From Candidatus Harpocratesius repetitus (GTDB lineage Archaea > Asgardarchaeota > Lokiarchaeia > Sigyniarchaeales > Promethearchaeaceae): DNA of 32,000 nt. The DNA is taken from assembly GCA_021498095.1 (NCBI GenBank), contig JAIZWK010000001.1, positions 2,490,001-2,522,000 of the forward strand, written 5' to 3'. This document shows positions 27,001-32,000 of the stretch, in pieces. A program made the position numbers and the translations under genes. Numbering within the stretch: position 1 is the stretch's first letter; each line of letters starts with the position of its first letter. A model generated the notes under the pieces. That model ran no database searches. It was not told the origin of the DNA and saw nothing but the letters and a program-made list of their open reading frames with translations.

Positions 27001-27108
27001 AACATAATACCTTATTTTTTTAAGCAATTTCATTCTTTTAATAGAAATAAAAAAGGAACAATACTATTTGAGATAACGATTGATTTAAAGAAAAGGAATT
27101 ATAAAAAA

Positions 27109-27954
27109 TCAAGAAGGATTATGTAATGATTTCAATTTTTGTAGTTTTTTCTCTAACTCATCAGCTCTTCTTTTTTCTTCATCAGCTCTTCTTTTTTCTT
27201 CATCTGCTCTTCTTTTTTCTTCATCAGCTCTCTTTTTTTCTAATTCAAATTTTGACAAATACATTTCATTCGTTTCTTTTTTAAGTAATACTAAACGAAA
27301 ACGGGGTTTAAATCCTAAATAAGTTCTTTTTAGTTTTTTTATTGCAAGATCAAAGGGAATTCTTTCTGGTAATTTTATTCGGGCTTGATTATCAGCAATT
27401 TTATCTCCATCAAACATATATCTATTTATTTCTTGGGGTATATACATATCCATATCGTTTAAAATGTAAACTCTTAAAAATGGATAATTAAGAACTTTTG
27501 TAGCAAATGGATATGGAAGAAAGAGAACAAAAACAGGGATTTTTAATCTTTTACATGATTCTTGAATTTCAGAAAGATCTTTTCTCCATGTACTTTTAGA
27601 AAGAATATTTATTACTAAATCCGGAATGCGATTTCCAAACTCAGAAGCTTTATATGATGGAAGATCTTCATTAATCATAAAATTTAGAAAGAGTGAGATA
27701 TCAAATTGTAAATCTACTTGCTCACCTTCGATCGAAAAGTAATGATGTAAATCCCAAATCGCCCGGTGGTTTGGAAAATTTGAACTTAATACATCAAATA
27801 AAAATGAAACTTCCGCAGAATGGGGTTCACTTTCTCTTCGACCTATTCTTGGTGGCTCTTTTTCTGCTTCTTCTCTTAATTCCCGTTCGTATTCAGCATC
27901 CATACGAGCATGTCTTGTAGAAAAAAAATCAGGTCTTTCACTATGTTGTGTCAT
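27109..27954 (-). CDS. Uma2-like (PD-(D/E)xK fold) protein with C-terminal RADEEK heptad coiled coil, paralog A (ATG 27954 preferred to track TTG 28017)
   Basis: EPHS, QFDIS and PDLVINILSKSTW..DL resemble the Uma2/DUF820 pattern H...D...PDLxxExxSxST. The N-terminus aligns with paralog B from STRHA. Confidence 0.75.
   Translation of the reverse strand: MTQHSERPDFFSTRHARMDAEYERELREEAEKEPPRIGRRESEPHSAEVSFLFDVLSSNFPNHRAIWDLHHYFSIEGEQVDLQFDISLFLNFMINEDLPSYKASEFGNRIPDLVINILSKSTWRKDLSEIQESCKRLKIPVFVLFLPYPFATKVLNYPFLRVYILNDMDMYIPQEINRYMFDGDKIADNQARIKLPERIPFDLAIKKLKRTYLGFKPRFRLVLLKKETNEMYLSKFELEKKRADEEKRRADEEKRRADEEKRRADELEKKLQKLKSLHNPS
27158..27241 (-). repeat. 21-bp coding tandem repeat x4 (EKRRADE)
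   Basis: Plus-strand unit TCATCAGCTCTTCTTTTTTCT at 27158, 27179, 27200 and 27221. Confidence 0.95.
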
Positions 27955-28074
27955 GGGGAAGTTCACACCTTTTAATTCAAAATAATAATATAAGATGAAT
28001 ATTATTAATATTAGCAATATAACTTTGGAGCCCGTTGATTTTTTAATTTTTTTTTTAACAATTAGAATTAATGA

Positions 28075-29718
28075 CTAAATTTGATATTCTTGCGCTTTCG
28101 ATAGTTTGACAATTTTAATATCAGAAGGAATATCTAAAGTGGAGATTAATTCTGGATGCTCTGAATGAATTACCAGGACTGCTTTTGGATGTATTTTGGT
28201 GATCATTTGTGCTAGATCTTTTGCTGATAAATGACCTGAACAGTGTAATTTATGAAAAGTTTTTGTGCTGATATTAAAAATTTTTAACCAATTCAATAGT
28301 TTATCCATTTTAATTTGGGCTTCATCAGTAAAAGGTTCACTTTCAGACCTGATCCAATGTGAACCTGGAGGAGGACGAACATCTAAAAGATCATTCATAT
28401 TATAAAATGACATTTGTAAACAGAATCTACCAGGACTTTGATGAATTTCATCCGCTCTAATTGTATTTGGATTATCGATAATAGCTTTGATTGCAGGGGA
28501 ATTTTTATAATCTATCATGTCATAATTTCCCCACCCTTTTCTGGGAAGAAACACCCTAATTCTTTGGAAAGCGTCTTGGGTTAGGCGCGATTGGTTAAGA
28601 TCAATCATTTTTTGAAGAAAAAGATATGATTTAGGTAATAAAATTAAAGTACGATTATTATCTTTGCATGCCAAATAAAATGATTCTAAACGGTTGCTAT
28701 CGCGCATTGAACAAGTAAAAAAGATCATCTTAGGTGCTGGTTCTCTGTTTATCTCTTGAAATATCTTTTTAAGTTCACTTTCAACATCCTTTTCAGATAA
28801 AATTTGATCAAAATCTACAAAATCTAAATCATCAGTATTTGAAAGATTTTCTTGAACGCGTCCCAAGCGCGTTCCTTCAGTTATAAGCAGATCAGCATTG
28901 AATCGGCTTGCTTCGTCGATAAACTTTCTCGTATTTTGCCCCATTGGACCATGCAACCTGAGATCACCTGTATAAATTATACGTTTTTTTGAAATTTTAT
29001 CTTCCAATAAATAAGCACAAGCGCCGGGAATGGAATGATCAACTGGATAAAGTTGAATATTAAATGCAAAACTCCCATCTATATCTCCGTAATAATAGTC
29101 AGGAAGTTCATCAATTTTTCGTTCAATATTCTCATAATTTTTATTCTTTTTATTCATTCTTGTCCCTTTTTCGCTTATTTGAAATCCTTTTCCATATTTT
29201 AAGATTTCTCTAAACATGGAATTACTTTTATAGAATTCTTCATAATAATCTAAAATAGCTTTACTAACTTGACCACAAACTATTTTAATTGAAGAATTCA
29301 GATAGCGAATAGAACCAATGTGATCGCCATGACAGTGTGAAATTAGCACGTGGGTAATTTTTAGTGGTTCTGTGGGGATATTTCCATATAATTCGCTAAT
29401 TCGGGCTTGATTATGATTCCATAAATCAGTACGGTAAATACCCGTTAGAATATTGGAAGGAAAGGGTAAAAATCCTATTAAAAATCCATCTATTAAGACT
29501 TGCGTTTGTCGAATTGGTAAAAATTCATCAAAAAATTCATTTAAAAACCGAAATTCAAAGCCAAAATCCAGTAGAATCCCTGAACCATCAGATGCTCGCA
29601 AAACTATTTTATTTCCACCAATTTCATTAAGTCCACCGTAAACAAACACAGCAGTAGTAGTAGATGATGAGAAATCGCTCTCAGGTATTTTTTCAAGAGG
29701 GGTCACAATATATTTCAT
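28075..29718 (-). CDS. MBL-fold / beta-CASP hydrolase, RNase J-like
   Basis: GLNEIGGN, LDFG, SHCHGDH, VDHSIPG, YTGDLRLHG, ITEGT, HCSGH and IHSEH motifs. Confidence 0.88.
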   Translation of the reverse strand: MKYIVTPLEKIPESDFSSSTTTAVFVYGGLNEIGGNKIVLRASDGSGILLDFGFEFRFLNEFFDEFLPIRQTQVLIDGFLIGFLPFPSNILTGIYRTDLWNHNQARISELYGNIPTEPLKITHVLISHCHGDHIGSIRYLNSSIKIVCGQVSKAILDYYEEFYKSNSMFREILKYGKGFQISEKGTRMNKKNKNYENIERKIDELPDYYYGDIDGSFAFNIQLYPVDHSIPGACAYLLEDKISKKRIIYTGDLRLHGPMGQNTRKFIDEASRFNADLLITEGTRLGRVQENLSNTDDLDFVDFDQILSEKDVESELKKIFQEINREPAPKMIFFTCSMRDSNRLESFYLACKDNNRTLILLPKSYLFLQKMIDLNQSRLTQDAFQRIRVFLPRKGWGNYDMIDYKNSPAIKAIIDNPNTIRADEIHQSPGRFCLQMSFYNMNDLLDVRPPPGSHWIRSESEPFTDEAQIKMDKLLNWLKIFNISTKTFHKLHCSGHLSAKDLAQMITKIHPKAVLVIHSEHPELISTLDIPSDIKIVKLSKAQEYQI

Positions 29719-29919
29719 TCCAAAGAAATTATTTAATCAAAAAAGTAAATATTCGCACTTTTTAATAATCTTGGAGTATTTTTGTTTTTAAAATTGTTAT
29801 TATGACAATAATATTTTTTGATTAACATATATATAATGGGTAATTAATATCATGATCATTTTGTCATATCTTTGAAAGAATAGATATTTGATCAAACAGG
29901 AATAATGTGAACAAGTTTT

Positions 29920-30720
29920 ATGGAGAATAGAAAACAGCGCACTAAACGGGGATATCCTGTAGCTTTTTTGATTGCATTTATATCCATGCGAGTTATTTAT
30001 TATAAAATTTACAGCGAACGCATTGAATCTTTTAAAAATAAGAAACTGGCACGAAAATATACCAATATGGAAAAAAATCAAAAATATCATCTTTTTGAAG
30101 AGATTCTTACAGAAATTAGACCTGTTCTCCAAAGTGGATTGAAAAGCATTCTATTAGTTTCTCGAATCAAGCAAACTGAAGCATCTGATTTCTTACATCA
30201 TTTAAAAAAACATCATAAATGGATTTTTAATGTAAATAATCCTAATTCAGCATATATAACAGTATTAACTGGAGATCTCACTGATATGGAGCAAGTTGCT
30301 TCATTCACTCAAAATTCATCTTTTAAAGAGTCTCTCGGTCAAACTGTTGAAAAAGAAGCAGATTCAATTATTACTTTGTTAGAAAAACGATTGAATAATC
30401 ATGAAAAAAGTTTTTTCCTACATTCTTTAAAAGAGATTGAAAGTTTAATTTATGCAGGAGGCACTCGGAAAAAGAAATTTAAGTCATTACCACTTATTCC
30501 TGAATATATACTTTTAACAGATGAATATCTTGAAGAACATCCCAACAAAGCTCGTCTTCAACGATTATTACAAATTGTACGCAATCGAAAAATAAGATTA
30601 AAAATTATTTCCAGTGAATCTAGCGCAGGAAATCGATTGACAGATTTAGGGGGAATCATATGTTTTTTGGAAATTAAAACAAAATATGAAGAGCAAAAAG
30701 CTCAAGAGTTCTTCGATTGA
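29920..30720 (+). CDS. Pelota/eRF1-like (baeRF-type) protein with domains 2-3 only
   Basis: C-terminus LLTDEYL...LQRLLQIV...LKIISSESSAGNRLTDLGGIICFL matches eRF1/pelota domain 3. No GGQ, no PGF and no N-terminal domain 1. Confidence 0.7.
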   Translation: MENRKQRTKRGYPVAFLIAFISMRVIYYKIYSERIESFKNKKLARKYTNMEKNQKYHLFEEILTEIRPVLQSGLKSILLVSRIKQTEASDFLHHLKKHHKWIFNVNNPNSAYITVLTGDLTDMEQVASFTQNSSFKESLGQTVEKEADSIITLLEKRLNNHEKSFFLHSLKEIESLIYAGGTRKKKFKSLPLIPEYILLTDEYLEEHPNKARLQRLLQIVRNRKIRLKIISSESSAGNRLTDLGGIICFLEIKTKYEEQKAQEFFD

Positions 30721-30757
30721 TTTTATTTTATAAAATAGTAATGTATTCAACCAATTT

Positions 30758-31705
30758 TTATTGATTTTGTATTTCTAATTTTTCTTTCAACTTTTTAACC
30801 AGTTCTTCTGCCTTTTCTGCTCTTTTCTTTTCTTCATCAGCTCTTCTCTTTTCTTCATCAGCTCTTCTTTTTTCTTCATCAGCTCTTCTTTTTTCTTCAT
30901 CAGCTCTTCTTTTTTCTTCATCAGCTCTTCTTTTTTCTTCATCAGCTCTTTTCTTTTCTTTGTCGGCCCTCTGTTTTTCAATTTCTTTTTCAGTTAAGAA
31001 TTGATCTTCAGTATTTGGTTTCAAAAAAATAATTTTATAAATTGGCTTTTTGTTATCATATTTTTTAGTAATACATTCTAATGCAACGTCAAATGGAAGA
31101 TCTGGACTTAATTGAATTTTCGCAGTTGAATCTAGTAATTTTCCTTTATCAAACATTATTTTAGTTAAATCTTTATATTGATATCGAGAATTCTCATTTA
31201 AATAATAAACACGTAAAAAGGGAGGTGGATAAAATTTCGTAGAAACTTCATATGAAAAGAAAACAATATAATATTTTATACGTAATCTTTCGCATAAGGC
31301 AACATTCTCAAGTAAATCATTATGCCATGTACTTTTTGAAAGAATATTAATTATTAAATCAGGGACTCTATTATTAAATTTTTCAGCTTTGTAAGATGAA
31401 AGCTGGTAATCAATTTTTAGGTTGAGAAAAAAGGAAATATCAAATTGAATGTCAATTTTTTCATCTGCAACGTAAAAATAATGATGTAAATCCCAAATAA
31501 CGCGGTGTTCCGGGAAATTTGTACTTAAAACATCATAAATATATGAAATATTAGCTGAATGCGGCTCACTTTCTCTACGACCTAATCTAGGTTTAAGCAT
31601 CTGAGCATCATCATCTACATCCTTTGACGAGTATTTTAGATGTTCATCCAAAGCATGTCTTGTACTTCTGAATTTATTAGCATCATTTGCTGATTCTTCT
31701 TCCAT
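30758..31705 (-). CDS. Uma2-like protein with C-terminal RADEEK heptad coiled coil, paralog B
   Basis: Shares STRHA, GRRESEPHS, WDLHHYF, QFDIS and PDLIINILSKSTW with paralog A. Confidence 0.75.
   Translation of the reverse strand: MEEESANDANKFRSTRHALDEHLKYSSKDVDDDAQMLKPRLGRRESEPHSANISYIYDVLSTNFPEHRVIWDLHHYFYVADEKIDIQFDISFFLNLKIDYQLSSYKAEKFNNRVPDLIINILSKSTWHNDLLENVALCERLRIKYYIVFFSYEVSTKFYPPPFLRVYYLNENSRYQYKDLTKIMFDKGKLLDSTAKIQLSPDLPFDVALECITKKYDNKKPIYKIIFLKPNTEDQFLTEKEIEKQRADKEKKRADEEKRRADEEKRRADEEKRRADEEKRRADEEKRRADEEKKRAEKAEELVKKLKEKLEIQNQ
30813..30980 (-). repeat. 21-bp coding tandem repeat, 6 core units plus 2 degenerate flanks
   Basis: TCATCAGCT cores at 30834, 30855, 30876, 30897, 30918 and 30939. 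Confidence 0.95.
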
Positions 31706-32000
31706 ATTCTCATTCCCAATTATATTAAACTATTGTATTTATTTAATTATAACCATAAAAAAAACGAGAAAAACATGAGTTTAAGCAAGATTTTTTCATT
31801 TATAATTTGAATAAAATAGGTCTCTATTTTTAAGACAAAACTGCGGTAAAATTATAGAAATAGGCGATGATTGTAAATTATATATTTACAAAAAAAGAAA
31901 AAAGAATTAAAATATAATCAAATTCAATTAAAATTGAATAATCTTAATTAAACTTAATTGAATCAAACGAGAATCCAAAAATAATTATTTCTTTCTCTCT

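Noticed and set aside
27955-28017. N-terminal extension MLILIIFILYYY as a signal/TM segment
   Set aside because: TTG start in AT-rich intergenic DNA; alignment with paralog B favours ATG 27954.
19514-30132. Short overlapping ORFs (19514..19717, 20104..20427, 21311..21577, 21541..21729, 22060..22425, 22485..22670, 24318..24560, 25064..25246, 27693..27920, 29453..29641, 29800..30132)
   Set aside because: Shadows of longer coding sequences, with no recognisable domains.
29920-30720. Canonical aRF1 or pelota
   Set aside because: Lacks GGQ/NIKS (aRF1), the N-terminal Sm-like domain and PGF (pelota).
27158-30980. 21-bp repeats as a CRISPR array
   Set aside because: Units are contiguous with no unique spacers, in-frame within genes, and no cas genes are present.
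30787-30981. ORF with MKKKEEL repeats
   Set aside because: Alternate-frame reading of the 21-bp RADEEK repeat inside the Uma2-like gene; no independent support.
31706-32000. Non-coding AT-rich end of window as an ncRNA
   Set aside because: No GC-rich stems or tRNA/sRNA hallmarks; consistent with promoter/intergenic DNA.

Overview
AT-rich archaeal-type window with no rRNA, tRNA, CRISPR array or transposase that I can recognise. It most likely comes from an Asgard (Lokiarchaeia/Promethearchaeota-like) genome. This is an inference from an IPGY-TM-basic C-terminal sorting tail, a longin-small-GTPase fusion and Uma2-like proteins with RADEEK heptad tails. 1-15 kb is mostly ordinary: peptide-binding protein C-terminus, MFS, cupin, transglutaminase-like protein, membrane esterase, LigB-like protein, two DUF998-like paralogs, dCMP deaminase and a heterodimeric ABC exporter. 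15-20.7 kb holds the best candidate for an undescribed system. A wHTH/helical-repeat gene diverges from an AbrB/helical-repeat gene across six helically phased ATAGGTAAAA-like repeats. Downstream lies a longin + degenerate Arf-like GTPase protein whose disordered tail carries three NPF motifs. 20.8-31.7 kb looks like a mosaic conflict/defence patch. It contains a higher-GC insert (5'-truncated unknown gene, LRR gene, possible degraded ORF), a solitary OLD-family nuclease and a 5'-truncated MFS. It also has two Uma2-like paralogs with 21-bp coding repeats, which bracket a divergent RNase J-like / pelota-eRF1-like pair. Several short intergenic tandem repeats are present. All family calls come from motif recognition by eye; no database search was run.
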